Positions 51,893-62,385 of a DNA stretch of 64,000 nt are shown here, one piece after another. The notes under the pieces were generated by a model. The model was not told where the DNA came from. It saw only the letters and a list, made by a program, of their open reading frames with translations, and ran no database searches. A program made the position numbers and the translations under genes. Within the stretch, counting starts at the first letter, position 1. Each line of letters starts with the position of its first letter. The stretch covers positions 480,001 through 544,000 of the forward strand of contig CAWCXJ010000007.1 in NCBI GenBank assembly GCA_963799485.1. The letters are read 5' to 3'. This stretch comes from an uncultured Trueperaceae bacterium. GTDB taxonomy: Bacteria > Deinococcota > Deinococci > Deinococcales > Trueperaceae.

Positions 51893-52189
51893 TTACGGGT
51901 TGGTTTTCGCCCAGCGTTCGATACGGGTCAACTCTTCGGTGGCTTTTTCTTTTTTGAGCAGCTCGAGTACCTTGGGCTGCGCCGTAAAGTCGCCGGTGCC
52001 GATAATCTCAATGACATCGACCATCTTGGCGCTAAAGGCGCGCAGGGGCACTTGAGTCGCACCCTCGCTCACCTCAGGACTCGGGCGGCTGAGCTTGAAA
52101 AGCGGCCCGTCGAGGGCGTTGCGGGGCGTTTCGTCGAGTTCGGCCAGTACGTCGCCGTAATCGTCGGTCAGGATAAGGTAGCGTCTCAT
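51893..52189 (-). CDS. Hypothetical protein
   Basis: TAGGCT -10 box just before ATG; 98 aa. Confidence 0.6.
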   Translation of the reverse strand: MRRYLILTDDYGDVLAELDETPRNALDGPLFKLSRPSPEVSEGATQVPLRAFSAKMVDVIEIIGTGDFTAQPKVLELLKKEKATEELTRIERWAKTNP

Positions 52190-52352
52190 AAAGAGAGCCT
52201 AGCACTTGGTCACGCCGGAGATTGCGCCGAGGCTGCGTTTGCCAGAAGTCGCCGCGCTTGCGGCGTAATTTCGCGGCGTAATCTACGCAACGTGCGCTGC
52301 AAGCCTGCAAGTCCTCGTCAAGTTCTAACCGGGCGATGCCATACTTGGAGCT

Positions 52353-53339
52353 ATGACAGATACGGATACAACAAATACGGACATGACAAATACAGTGGAC
52401 GACGCGCTCACGCCCGCAACCGCCGACGCGGTAGCTGCTATCTGTCTGATGGCGGCGTTTGCCGACGGGCAAAAAGGCTCGGACGAGCAAAAGCGGTTAG
52501 AAGAAATTTTTAGCAGCTTGGGTGAGGTCAACGCCGGAACGCTCTACAGCCGCGTGATGCTCGGACGAACGGACGTGCAACAAGAAGCCGCCGCCCTCAC
52601 CACGCCGGAACTCCGTACCCTCGCCTTTGAGATGGCGCTGAGCGTCTGCGACGCCGACGGCTCGATGAGCGAGGCGGAAGGGGTCTTTCTGGGTCAGCTG
52701 CAAGAAGCGCTCACGGTTCCGGCAGCGGCGGCGATGACGGCGCAAAGAGACGCGGAACAGCTTGCTGAAATGCCGGTCGAGACGTCCGGGCAAATTGCGA
52801 CGGCTGTACCGGAAACCGAGTCTGAAACGGCTGAGGGAGCCCTCGAGCAAACTATCTTGAACGCCGCTATCTTAAACGGGGCTTTGGAGCTTTTGCCCCA
52901 GTCTCTAGCCACCGTCGCCATCATCCCGCTACAGTTACGTCTCGTCTACACGGTCGGGCAAACTTACGGCTACACGCTAGACCGCGCCCACCTCAAGGAG
53001 TTTCTAGGCGTCGCCGGGGTCGGCATGACCTCACAGGTCGTTGAAGGGCACGTGCGTAAGCTGTTCGGCAATTTCGCCAAAAAAACGGTAGGGCGCGGTA
53101 GCAAAAAGCTTGCCAGCGCCGCAGCGGGCGCAGCGCTCACCTTTGCCACGACCTACGCACTCGGACAGGCCGCCAAGAGGTATTACGGCGGGGGGCGCAA
53201 ACTCGAGCTGACCGAAGTCCGTGCCCTGTTTCAGGAGCAGCTAGGGCAGGGGCAGGAACTCTTCAACAAGTATCAGGGCGACGTGCAGACGAAAGCCGAA
53301 ACGACCAATGTGCAGAGTTTGCTGAAGCTGATTCGGTAA
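52353..53339 (+). CDS. TerB-like plus DUF697-like protein
   Basis: AAFADG and VCDADG..SEAE..FL; IIPLQ.RLVY.VG..YG. Confidence 0.7.
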   Translation: MTDTDTTNTDMTNTVDDALTPATADAVAAICLMAAFADGQKGSDEQKRLEEIFSSLGEVNAGTLYSRVMLGRTDVQQEAAALTTPELRTLAFEMALSVCDADGSMSEAEGVFLGQLQEALTVPAAAAMTAQRDAEQLAEMPVETSGQIATAVPETESETAEGALEQTILNAAILNGALELLPQSLATVAIIPLQLRLVYTVGQTYGYTLDRAHLKEFLGVAGVGMTSQVVEGHVRKLFGNFAKKTVGRGSKKLASAAAGAALTFATTYALGQAAKRYYGGGRKLELTEVRALFQEQLGQGQELFNKYQGDVQTKAETTNVQSLLKLIR

Positions 53340-53401
53340 GGGTAGAAGCAGGGAGTAAGAAGCAAGAATCAGGAAGACGGTCTCACGAGGTTTAAGCACA
53401 T

Positions 53402-53430
53402 AAAAAGCGCCCGATACAAAACCGGGCGCT
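53402..53430 (-). terminator. Intrinsic terminator between convergent genes
   Basis: AAAAAGCGCCCG...CGGGCGCT. Confidence 0.7.
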
Positions 53431-53464
53431 GCTGTACTCTAGTTGAGCCTAGCGCGAGTGGGGA

Positions 53465-53713
53465 TTAGTAACGCGAACCCCGTGACGAACGATCTGAAGC
53501 GGGCGCGGCGTTCGTAACCTTGACGTTGGTCGCCTGCATCCCTTTTTGACCGCGTTCGGTGTCGAACTCGACTTCATCGCCTTCGTTGAGGTTGCGGTAG
53601 CCGTCACCGGTAATCGCCGAGAAGTGGACGAAAAGGTCTTCGCCGCCGCCTTCTTGTTCGATAAAGCCGAAACCTTTTTCGCCGTTAAACCACTTAACTT
53701 TGCCTGTTGCCAT
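53465..53713 (-). CDS. Cold-shock protein
   Basis: GKVKWFN, KGFGFI, FVHFSAI. Confidence 0.96.
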   Translation of the reverse strand: MATGKVKWFNGEKGFGFIEQEGGGEDLFVHFSAITGDGYRNLNEGDEVEFDTERGQKGMQATNVKVTNAAPASDRSSRGSRY

Positions 53714-53906
53714 TTTTTACCAATCTCTCTTCTACTGCATTTTACACGTAAAGCCGAAATGCTGTATTCGCGTTGCAGTAGACAACCTCGGGCAGCTGCC
53801 CGAACCACAACGCTTACCTTTGTTGCAGATGACCTGACTATAAACTATTCAGGACCCTAATACAAGTCGTCACCTTGCGGCCTCGACAAGCTTATTCCAC
53901 AACCCG

Positions 53907-54236
53907 CTAGAAAGCGTTGTCTCCTTTGTCGGGTTTATCAAGGTCTTGCAAGATGCTGTAACGCCGGGGTTCTTCAGCGGCGCTTCTTAGGTCGCGCTGA
54001 ACTTGCGTGCTGATCACCTCTGCGCTCGGCAGGTCGTTGTCCCAGCGCACGCCGCTGCCGTGCTCGAGTTCGGCCATCGCCGCCGTGACCGCATTTTCGG
54101 CGTTTGCAATGACCTTGCCGGTCAGGGTCGAAGGGACGCCCTTTTTCAGCTGTGCGGCGCGCCGCCCGACGACAATCGACAAACGGTAACGTGAGTCGGT
54201 GGCTTCTCTTAAAACATCAAACCCTTTTTGGGACAT
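53907..54236 (-). CDS. rpoZ: RNA polymerase omega subunit
   Basis: DSRYRLSIVVGRRAAQL, NAVTAAMAEL. Confidence 0.88.
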   Translation of the reverse strand: MSQKGFDVLREATDSRYRLSIVVGRRAAQLKKGVPSTLTGKVIANAENAVTAAMAELEHGSGVRWDNDLPSAEVISTQVQRDLRSAAEEPRRYSILQDLDKPDKGDNAF

Positions 54237-54663
54237 GGCGCACTCCGTTCGGTGTCCGGCCCCTAGAATGCTGCCGAAACCACAACCCGTTATTTTGCGG
54301 GGATAACCTCAGCGTAACAGGTTTGACCTCGAGTCGGTGTCTTGCAGTGCTGCGCCAGCTCAACGCGAGTTGGGGAAGGGAGTTATACCCCCAAAGGCTC
54401 CTGCTGGTAACGTCCTAACGCCTTGCAGACCGCAATCTCTGATTGCAGCTACTTCTGCAAAAAGCACCCTTTTGTGGTTTGGGGAGGGTAGCGTTTGAGC
54501 CTAGCTGAGCTGTCCAGCCCTCAAAAACGTTGTTGTCTCGACAAACACGGGGCGTTTACGGCACGACTTTTGTACAAGGACGTTTTGGAAAAGGGCTACG
54601 CCGACAACTGCTGACAATCAAGCTCAAACGATCTACCGGGAAGAAGACGTTCGGTGTGTCTCG

Positions 54664-56343
54664 TTACCCTTTAGTCGAGTTTCCCGCCACCGCGTCGTGA
54701 GCCGGTGTTTCAGCTTTACTTCCGAGCGCTTCGGTAGCCCGTACCCCGCGTCGCCCGAACTTACGGGCCAGCTCGAGTTCACTCAGTACCAGCGCCGTTG
54801 GTCGCCCGTGCGGGCATGCCCACGGGGTTTCACATCCGGCAAGCGCCTTCAACAAGGTTTGTGCGTCGGTGTGAGCTAGCATGTGGCCCGCTTTAAGTGC
54901 AGGTAAACACGCCAGACGGCCCAAAACGCCTCGCCACGCCTCCTCCGCGCTGCCACGCCCGAGTACGTCGGTAACGACGCCGGCGAGCAGGTCGGGATGC
55001 CCGAGCAAAAAAGCCGGAACCGTTCGGACACGCCAGCGGCCCCCGCCGAAGGGCTCGAGCGCCAATCCCTTAACCGCAAGTTCAGCCTGCCGCGACAGGT
55101 ACGTCGCCTCGTCTTCAGGGGTGAGCGGTAAAAGCTCGGCGTGCGGAAGTTCCACGGGCGGTTCACTCCGGTAGCGTCTTTCCAGCTCTTCAAACAAGAT
55201 GCGTTCGTGAGCTGCGTGCTGATCGACGACCCAGAGCTGCGCCGCGCCCTCGGCGAGCAGGTAAAGCTCACGGTAGCGCCCTAGATAGGTCAGCGCCGGA
55301 AAATTGTGTCGTGGCGCAGCCGTAACGCCCTGCGCCACATTAAAGTCAGGCAAGGCCGGAGCCAATGATACCGTGCTGAGAGCCGCGCTAACCGCGTTTT
55401 GAACAAACGCGGTGACTGCGCCGAGTTGTAAAAACCGGACTCGAGCCTTGTCCGGCGACGTGTTGACCAGCACGGTTTCGGGGGGAGCGTCTAGGTTAAG
55501 CACGCCGACCGGGTAGTGTCCGGCGGGTAACAGCTCTTTATAGGTCGCCAAAACTGCCTTAAGCAGCCCCTCATCCCACTCGACCGGACGACCGTTGACC
55601 GCGAGCAGCAGCCGGTCGCGGCGGGGCCGGGTCAGTTCGGGCCGCGACAAAAGCCCCACCACCCTGTACACGCCGGTTTCGTGGGCAAGTGGTAACAAGC
55701 GGTTTGCCGTCACCGGCCCCCAGACGAACTTCGCCGCTTCAAAAAACGACCCGCCCGCGTAGCTCCAGCGCGTTTCACTGTCGGTTTCCAAGCTTATTTG
55801 CAAGTGTGGGTGATGCAGCAGGTAACGGTTGAGGAGCCCCACGGCGCGTTTAGCTTCGGCAGCGGGGGACTCGAGCGCTTCAAAGCGTGCCGGCAGCCGC
55901 GCGAAAAGTCCTGTTACGGCCGCACACGTTCCGTTCGGGGCCGGATGGCTGCGGGTCGTTACGGCGTCCCCTTCCGCCAACAGCGTAACCCCGCCGAGCT
56001 GACCGGCGGGGCGGCTGGTGAGGGACAACGTGCCCGCGTGCCGCACCGCAAAGAGCCCTTCACCGCGAAAACCGAGCGTGCGAATAGCTGTCAGCGACGT
56101 AAGCTTCGAGGTGCTGTGCGCGTCGGCGGCGAGCGGCAGTTCGTGTTCGGGAATGCCTGCGCCGTTGTCGCGCACTGTAATACGCCGGGTACCGCCGGCC
56201 TCGAGTTCCACCGAAAGCCGCGTCGCCCCGGCGTCGAGGGCGTTCTCCAAAAGTTCTTTCACTACGTCAACAGGGGCGGTGACGACCTCACCGGCGGCGA
56301 TTTCGCGGATGATTTCGGGAGGCAGCTGGCGAATTGCGGTCAT
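54664..56343 (-). CDS. mutL: DNA mismatch repair protein MutL
   Basis: IAAGEV, GFRGEG, DQHAAHERILFE, ACPHGRP endonuclease motifs. Confidence 0.97.
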   Translation of the reverse strand: MTAIRQLPPEIIREIAAGEVVTAPVDVVKELLENALDAGATRLSVELEAGGTRRITVRDNGAGIPEHELPLAADAHSTSKLTSLTAIRTLGFRGEGLFAVRHAGTLSLTSRPAGQLGGVTLLAEGDAVTTRSHPAPNGTCAAVTGLFARLPARFEALESPAAEAKRAVGLLNRYLLHHPHLQISLETDSETRWSYAGGSFFEAAKFVWGPVTANRLLPLAHETGVYRVVGLLSRPELTRPRRDRLLLAVNGRPVEWDEGLLKAVLATYKELLPAGHYPVGVLNLDAPPETVLVNTSPDKARVRFLQLGAVTAFVQNAVSAALSTVSLAPALPDFNVAQGVTAAPRHNFPALTYLGRYRELYLLAEGAAQLWVVDQHAAHERILFEELERRYRSEPPVELPHAELLPLTPEDEATYLSRQAELAVKGLALEPFGGGRWRVRTVPAFLLGHPDLLAGVVTDVLGRGSAEEAWRGVLGRLACLPALKAGHMLAHTDAQTLLKALAGCETPWACPHGRPTALVLSELELARKFGRRGVRATEALGSKAETPAHDAVAGNSTKG

Positions 56344-56345
56344 GA

Positions 56346-58871
56346 TCAGCCTACAGGCGTCAGGCCGCGGGCGCGGTCTCTAAGTTTGTGGAGCAGCGCG
56401 AGCGCCTCGAGCGGCGACAAACGGTTCAAGTCTTGGGTCAGGAGCGCCTCGACGACCTCTTGGGCCGAATCCTGACCGCGCGCCTCGAGCCCTGCCAAAA
56501 CCGAACGCGCCCGCTCCAACACGCCTGCCGGAACCCCGGCAAGTTGGGCGACCGCGAGCCCGTAAGCCTTCGACGCCGGTCCCGGCAACACCTGATGGTA
56601 AAAGGTCAGTCCGCCCGCCTCTTCTTTGGCGGCGACGTGAAAATTACGCACCGCGCCGAGTTTGCTCTCCAACGCCGTAAGTTCAAAGTAGTGGGTGGCA
56701 AAAAGGACATATGAACCCGTACACGCCTCGAGGTGTTCGGCTGCCGCCCATGCGAGGGCCAAACCGTCAAAGGTGCTCGTCCCACGCCCGATTTCGTCGA
56801 GCAGCACCAGGCTTTTCGGCGTTGCGTGCTGCAAAATCGTGGCGAGTTCGCTCATCTCGACCATAAAGGTGCTGCGCCCCCCGGCAATATCGTCCGACGC
56901 GCCGATACGGGTGTAGATGCGTTCAAACAGCGGCAACACCGCTCGTTCTGCCGGAACGAACGAACCGACCTGGGCAAGCAGCGCAATCAGCGCGGCCTGC
57001 CGTAAATACGTCGATTTACCCGACATGTTCGGCCCGGTCAGAATGATGAGGCGTTCGCTTTCCGAGAGTTGCAAGTCATTCGGGATAAACGGGTGAAACC
57101 GTTCGACGACCGGGTGACGGCCCCCTTCGATGCTCAGCACCCCATCCGAAAAGCTCGGGCGGCAGTAGCGGCCTTCGGCGGCGACTTCGGCAAGGGCGCT
57201 GTAGGTGTCCAACTCGGCTAGCGCTGCGCCGAGTTCGCGCACGGCGTCGGCAGCGGGGGCGAGACCGGCGCGGAGTTCACCGAAAACGGCGTATTCGCGG
57301 CCCCGCGCGGCGGTTTCGGCCCGTAAAATCTCACGCTCGCGTTCGCGCAGGTCGGGCCGGACGTAGCGCTGGCGGTCTTTAAGGGTTTGCACGGCGCGGT
57401 AGCTCTCCGGTACGGCGTCGTAGTAGGGGCGGGTAACTTCCAGGTAGTACCCGAACACGCCGTTAAAGCCGATTTTGAGGGTAGGAATGCCGGTGGCGGC
57501 GCGTTCACCGGCCTCGAGCGCGGCAATCCACGCTCGCCCCGCTTCGGCGGCGGCGCGGAGCGTGTCGAGTTCGCTGTCGAAGCCGCTCTGAATCAGGCCG
57601 CCTTCGGTCAGTTTGAGCGGCGGATTTTCCACGAGTGCGGCGCTGATGCGCTCGTAGGTGGCCCCCAACCCGTGCAACCGTTCGGCGAGGGCTTGGAGCG
57701 CGCCTTCGCTGCGTCCGGCAAGCAACGTTTTAAGTTCCGGAACGAGCGCCAGGCTGCGTGCCAGCGCGCAGAGGTCCCTAGCGTTGGCGCGGCCCGTGAC
57801 GAGTTTCGAGGCGAGGCGCTCCAAGTCGTGCAGTTTGTAGAGCGCTTTTCTGACCTCACGCCGTAAAACGGTGTCCCGCACAAACGCTTCTACGGCGTCT
57901 TGGCGGCGGCTAATCAGCGGTTCTTCCAGGAGCGGATGCCGCAACCACGCCCGCAAGAGCCTGCGTCCGGGCGCGGTGCGGGTCGTATCCAAAATGCTTA
58001 GCAAAGTGCGAGCTTCGCTGCTCGGGGTTGGCGTGTTGGCGGAGAAGACCTCGAGCGTCGCCAGAGCCGTTTCCCCGACCTGCATATACGCGCTCGGGTC
58101 GTACCGTAAAAAGCGCGTCACCTGCGCGAGTTGTCCGCGCTGCGTGGTCAGGGCGTAGGACAAAACCGCACCGGCAGCGCGCAAGAGGGCGTCGTCGGCT
58201 CCCGGCGGCACCGCGCCGAAGTGCCCGGAAAGCGTACTTTGCGCCTCGTCTTCACCGAAACGCCCGCGCGTGAGCATCACCGCAAAACGTTCGCTGCACG
58301 CTTCCCGGAAATCCTCCTGCGCGTACAACTCGGGGGCGAGCAGCAGCTCGGCGGGGCGGTAACGGCGCAGTTCGTCGAACAGGGCGCTTTTGCTGTACAA
58401 GAGCGTGCCGCGAAACTCTCCCGTCGTTACGTCTAAAAAGGTCAGGCCGTAGCCTTCGCCGGTCGCTACGGCAGCCAAATAGTTCGCGTCGGGCCGTAAA
58501 AGCTTTTCGTCCGTGACCGTACCGGGCGTGATGAGCTGCGTGACCTCACGTTTGACGAGGCCGTCGGCGGTTGCCGGGGTTTCGGTCTGATCGGCAACGG
58601 CCACGCAGATATTTTGCCGTAAAAGTTTTTCCAGGTAAGCGTCCGCGCTCCGCACCGGAATCCCGGCCATCGGGGTCGTAAAGTCTTTGCTCGTTTTATG
58701 CGTCAGGGTAATGCTGATGGCGCGGGCAAAGCGCTCGGCGTCTTCACCGAAAGTCTCGTAAAAATCGCCGACTTGAAACAGCAGCAGGTAATCCGGGTAG
58801 CGTTCGCGCAGCTCGGTGTACTGCACCAAAAGCGGTGGTAGCGGCCCCTGGCCCTCGCCTTTAAGCGTCAT
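56346..58871 (-). CDS. mutS: DNA mismatch repair protein MutS
   Basis: GDFYE, GPNMSGKST, DEIGRGT. Confidence 0.98.
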   Translation of the reverse strand: MTLKGEGQGPLPPLLVQYTELRERYPDYLLLFQVGDFYETFGEDAERFARAISITLTHKTSKDFTTPMAGIPVRSADAYLEKLLRQNICVAVADQTETPATADGLVKREVTQLITPGTVTDEKLLRPDANYLAAVATGEGYGLTFLDVTTGEFRGTLLYSKSALFDELRRYRPAELLLAPELYAQEDFREACSERFAVMLTRGRFGEDEAQSTLSGHFGAVPPGADDALLRAAGAVLSYALTTQRGQLAQVTRFLRYDPSAYMQVGETALATLEVFSANTPTPSSEARTLLSILDTTRTAPGRRLLRAWLRHPLLEEPLISRRQDAVEAFVRDTVLRREVRKALYKLHDLERLASKLVTGRANARDLCALARSLALVPELKTLLAGRSEGALQALAERLHGLGATYERISAALVENPPLKLTEGGLIQSGFDSELDTLRAAAEAGRAWIAALEAGERAATGIPTLKIGFNGVFGYYLEVTRPYYDAVPESYRAVQTLKDRQRYVRPDLREREREILRAETAARGREYAVFGELRAGLAPAADAVRELGAALAELDTYSALAEVAAEGRYCRPSFSDGVLSIEGGRHPVVERFHPFIPNDLQLSESERLIILTGPNMSGKSTYLRQAALIALLAQVGSFVPAERAVLPLFERIYTRIGASDDIAGGRSTFMVEMSELATILQHATPKSLVLLDEIGRGTSTFDGLALAWAAAEHLEACTGSYVLFATHYFELTALESKLGAVRNFHVAAKEEAGGLTFYHQVLPGPASKAYGLAVAQLAGVPAGVLERARSVLAGLEARGQDSAQEVVEALLTQDLNRLSPLEALALLHKLRDRARGLTPVG

Positions 58872-58921
58872 GGCTCTATGATACCGCCCTGTCAGCTCGA
58901 GCTCTACTTGCGTAGGACGCT

Positions 58922-59779
58922 TTAGAGTGCTTCAGCTAGTGAGGCGCCTTTACGGACTTCGACCTCGACCTCGAGCCCTGCCCCGCCCCCACCGCGCCTG
59001 AGCCCCCGTACCGGCGGCAGGTCGTCGTAATCACGTCCGTAGCCGATCTTGACGTGTGCTTCAGTGACCGGGCAGCCGTTGGTGGGGTCGAAGCCCACCC
59101 AGCCGTTGCCCGGCAAAAATGCCTCGACCCAGGCGTGCGACGCTTCTGTGCCGATAAGCGTTTCGTCGCCGCGTGGGTTCGAGTGGATATAACCCGAGAC
59201 GTAACGCGCCGGAATCCCCGAGGCGCGGCACAAGGCGAGCATGGCGTGGGCGAAGTCCTGACACACGCCTGAACTGTGCTGCGCGAACTCGGTCAGCGGC
59301 GTATTGACGTCGGTGGCAGAGGGCGAGTAGCGAAAACGCCCGTGTAGATATGTGTTCATCGCAGCTAGATAACTTACGAGCCCGGAACCGGAGGTAAGCG
59401 GCAGCGCTCCGAACGCCCGGTGCCAGTTTTCGTTTAGGGGCACCCGCAAGGTCGGCGCGAGGTACTCGAAAAAGCGGTGCCGCAAGTCGGGCAGGACTTC
59501 AGCTGAGACCTCGAGCGGTGTCGGAACCGGATAGGTCACAACCGCCGAAGTCGCTTCGATACAGAGTTCGTTGTGGTCGTTCGGCAGGTGAAAGTGATAG
59601 ATCAGGTTGCCGAACTGGTCGCGGCGCTCTCTGACCGTAACGTTGGGTGAAATCTGCAAATTAAACGCCAAGAGCGTCTGCCGGTAATCGTCGGCGGGGC
59701 GCAGCCACACTTCGTTAAACGAGTCCCAGGCGGGCCGCGCGTAGCGGTAGGTGGTGGTGTGCCGGACGTTCAGATACAT
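58922..59779 (-). CDS. Transglutaminase-like protein
   Basis: HTTTYRY, GVCQDFAH, SHAWVE, FDPTN, GRDY. Confidence 0.92.
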   Translation of the reverse strand: MYLNVRHTTTYRYARPAWDSFNEVWLRPADDYRQTLLAFNLQISPNVTVRERRDQFGNLIYHFHLPNDHNELCIEATSAVVTYPVPTPLEVSAEVLPDLRHRFFEYLAPTLRVPLNENWHRAFGALPLTSGSGLVSYLAAMNTYLHGRFRYSPSATDVNTPLTEFAQHSSGVCQDFAHAMLALCRASGIPARYVSGYIHSNPRGDETLIGTEASHAWVEAFLPGNGWVGFDPTNGCPVTEAHVKIGYGRDYDDLPPVRGLRRGGGGAGLEVEVEVRKGASLAEAL

Positions 59780-60052
59780 ACCTTGAGGGAGTATAGCAAG
59801 GGTTTTCGGCAAACCTCTGCAATCTGTACAGGCGTCCCGCAAACCTTTTGCGCCTTGTAAATCCGACCGTGATACGGGTTGTTTATCCTATTGGCGATTA
59901 CCTACATCCGCTACCGCTACCTGAAAAGCCCGCGCGGACAAACTATCTTGCAAGTTATTGTCGGGGACAGCAGCGTTTCTGGGATCGGTTTTTTACTCGG
60001 ACAACTCGGCGCGGGCGCGTAAAATGACGCTTGAGGCGCGTTAAACTGCCCT

Positions 60053-60853
60053 ATGGAACTCTACTTGGGCACGGGCGGCTACAGTAACGACGACTGGAAC
60101 GGTATCTTTTACCCTGAAGACGCCAAATCGTCGCAGTATTTAGGGCTTTACGCCGAACACTTCAACGCCGTTGAACTCAACAGCAGCTTCTACAACATCC
60201 CCGGCGTCAAGGCGTTTGCGGGCATGGTTAAAAAGAGTTCGGGTCGGGTGCGTTTCGCCGTAAAACTGCCGAGTACGATGACGCACAGCCGTGACGCCGA
60301 CGCTGAACTTTACCAGCGGCTTTTTGAGTCGGTCGAGCCGCTCCGTGAGGCTGGGATGCTGGGGCCGTTTCTGGCGCAGTTTCCGTATTCGTTTCACCGG
60401 ACACCGGAAAACCGGGTGTATCTCAAATCCTTGACCGACCGTTTTACCGACGCAGGGGAGGCGCTCGCTGTCGAGTTTCGCACTGCCGACTGGCACCTCC
60501 CAGAAGTTTACGACGCGCTCCGTCAGAGCGGCCTCATCGCTGTAAGCGTAGACTATCCGCCGCTGCCGAACATGCCCAAGCCGGTGCTGCTCGAGACCTC
60601 GAGCACCGCCTACCTCCGCCTGCACGGGCGCAACGAAAAGACCTGGTACGGCGGCAAAAGTGCGGCTGAGCGGCACGACTATCTGTACAGCAAAGACGAG
60701 CTTCAGCCGTGGGTCAGCGCAGTCGCTGAGAGTGGACTCGAGCAGGTCTATATCATGTTCTTAAACACCACCAAAGGTCACGCGCTTAAAAACCTCAAGA
60801 TGATAGCTGAGCTTTTTGATGACGTGGGGCTCGAGGCTCCTATCTCGTTATAG
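60053..60853 (+). CDS. DUF72 family protein
   Basis: VELNSSFY, QFPYSF, YLRLHGRN, YLYS. Confidence 0.92.
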   Translation: MELYLGTGGYSNDDWNGIFYPEDAKSSQYLGLYAEHFNAVELNSSFYNIPGVKAFAGMVKKSSGRVRFAVKLPSTMTHSRDADAELYQRLFESVEPLREAGMLGPFLAQFPYSFHRTPENRVYLKSLTDRFTDAGEALAVEFRTADWHLPEVYDALRQSGLIAVSVDYPPLPNMPKPVLLETSSTAYLRLHGRNEKTWYGGKSAAERHDYLYSKDELQPWVSAVAESGLEQVYIMFLNTTKGHALKNLKMIAELFDDVGLEAPISL

Positions 60854-60946
60854 ATTTTTTTACCGACCGACTGCGGGCTCACGCTGCCGGTCTAACCCGA
60901 CCGCGACCTCGAGCAAAATCTCCCGGGTGATGGCTCATTAGAGACT

Positions 60947-61491
60947 GATAGCCGCACGTTCAAGGTTGTAGCGAACTAAGGTTGTAGCGGACTAAGAACA
61001 GCTGTAGACACATCAGGTGCAGGTGTTCTGACTTGGAAAAGGCTAGGGTTTTTCGAACAAAGCGAGCCAGACGTTGGCGAATGGGGTTGTCAAAACGTTC
61101 AACGTGGGCGGTTAGACCCGAGTCCTTGCCTACAGCCTGGTGTTGTTTGTCAAAGAGCACAGCCTGATAAGCTTCCCGGAAGTCGCTGAACACGGTACCT
61201 TGTTTGTAGTAGGAATGCTGCTCCACAGCTTGCGGCAGGTAGCGACGCCGCGTCCACCTGTGACAAGCACAGCGACCTGTTTGGCTTGTTTGCAAACCGC
61301 TAACCAGACCCACCGTTTGGTGTGTTTGCGGTGCACGAATGACCAAAGTGCCCCAAACGAAGTGGCAGGGTACATTTCATCAAGTTCGAGTTGAACCGCT
61401 TCAGGCTTGTCGGGCGTGATAAGTGTGGTACTGAGCGGCGGAGTCGTCTCGGCTTTTTTTAAGCCACTTCGCTTTTCGGTGTACAACTATC
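60947..61491 (-). mobile_element. Internally deleted, frameshifted IS1-family remnant
   Basis: ELDE..WSFV...WVWLA, SDF..AY, HVERF...RQRLAR.VRKTL.FSKS; weak IR GATAGCCGCAC / GATAGTTGTAC. Confidence 0.78.
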
Positions 61492-61492
61492 T

Positions 61493-61888
61493 ATGACTGC
61501 AACGCCAAATCCACCCGAGGACCTGCTCGCGGCTGCTAAAACTGCCCACCGAAATGCCTACGCGCCCTACTCCGGCTTTCACGTCGGTGCGGCGCTACGG
61601 GCCGAGAGCGGCAAGGTCTACGCGGGCGCAAACATCGAAAACGCGTCCTACGGCCTCGGGCGCTGCGCGGAACAGTCGGCGATTCAGGCCATGGCGTCGG
61701 CGGGAGAGCGGCAGTTTAGTGAAATCGTCGTCTACACCACCGCCGCCGAACCTGCGAGTCCTTGCGGGGCGTGCCGCTTGCCGAACCGGGTCAGGACACG
61801 CGCCGGGTCGCGGTCAGCGGCACGCTGCAGAACCCGGCGGACTTGCTCGGCAAGGTCGTCGATACTGTTATGCAGGAACTCGCGCTGA
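61493..61888 (+). pseudogene. cdd: Cytidine deaminase whose C-terminus is replaced after PCGACR
   Basis: AYAPYS.F.VGAA, ENASY, CAE, PCGACR, then unrelated sequence from about 61778. Confidence 0.8.
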
Positions 61889-62204
61889 ACGTCTCCCCGA
61901 AGACCAGGCGGAGCTTGACGCCGTAATCGCGCAAACCCCGGCCCTGAGTACCGGCACGAACAAAAGCGGCAAGTCGTAAACCGTGTTGTGCGCTCTGAAG
62001 TCTTTGACCTCCAGCAGCTACGCACGATGACTCGGATCGTTCCTGTTTCGTTTTTCATCTCTTACATGATAAAAGCCTGCCTCCCAGGGGGGTAGCCTTG
62101 CATTAGGCGCTGTCAAGCGTTAAACTTTCTTAGTAGTCAAGTGGTCTAAAACGACTTTAGGACCACAGGCGCAGTAAAAGTATATGTAGAGCGGTAAAAC
62201 ACTT

Positions 62205-62281
62205 CGGGGTGTAGCGCAGCCTGGTAGCGCACTTGACTGGGGGTCAAGTGGTCGCATGTTCAAATCATGTCACCCCGACCA
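62205..62281 (+). tRNA. tRNA-Pro(GGG)
   Basis: Full cloverleaf: acceptor CGGGGTG/CACCCCG, anticodon arm CTTGA-CTGGGGG-TCAAG, TTCAAAT loop, CCA. Confidence 0.96.
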
Positions 62282-62303
62282 CAAATAAAAGCGTTCTAGA
62301 CGC

Positions 62304-62338
62304 AAAAAAAGTAGAGGTGCCATTGCCTCTACTTTTTT
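62304..62338 (+). terminator. Bidirectional terminator after tRNA-Pro
   Basis: AAAAAAGTAGAGG...CCTCTACTTTTTT. Confidence 0.85.
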
Positions 62339-62385
62339 CATTGCCGCGTCTGACCACAATACTGACCACAACTAGGTGCAAAAGG

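Noticed and set aside
54240..54660. Possible ncRNA in the long rpoZ-mutL intergenic region (also 28790-29010 and 37120-37570)
   Set aside because: No recognisable riboswitch, T-box, 6S, RNase P or tmRNA signature by eye; an Rfam search would be needed
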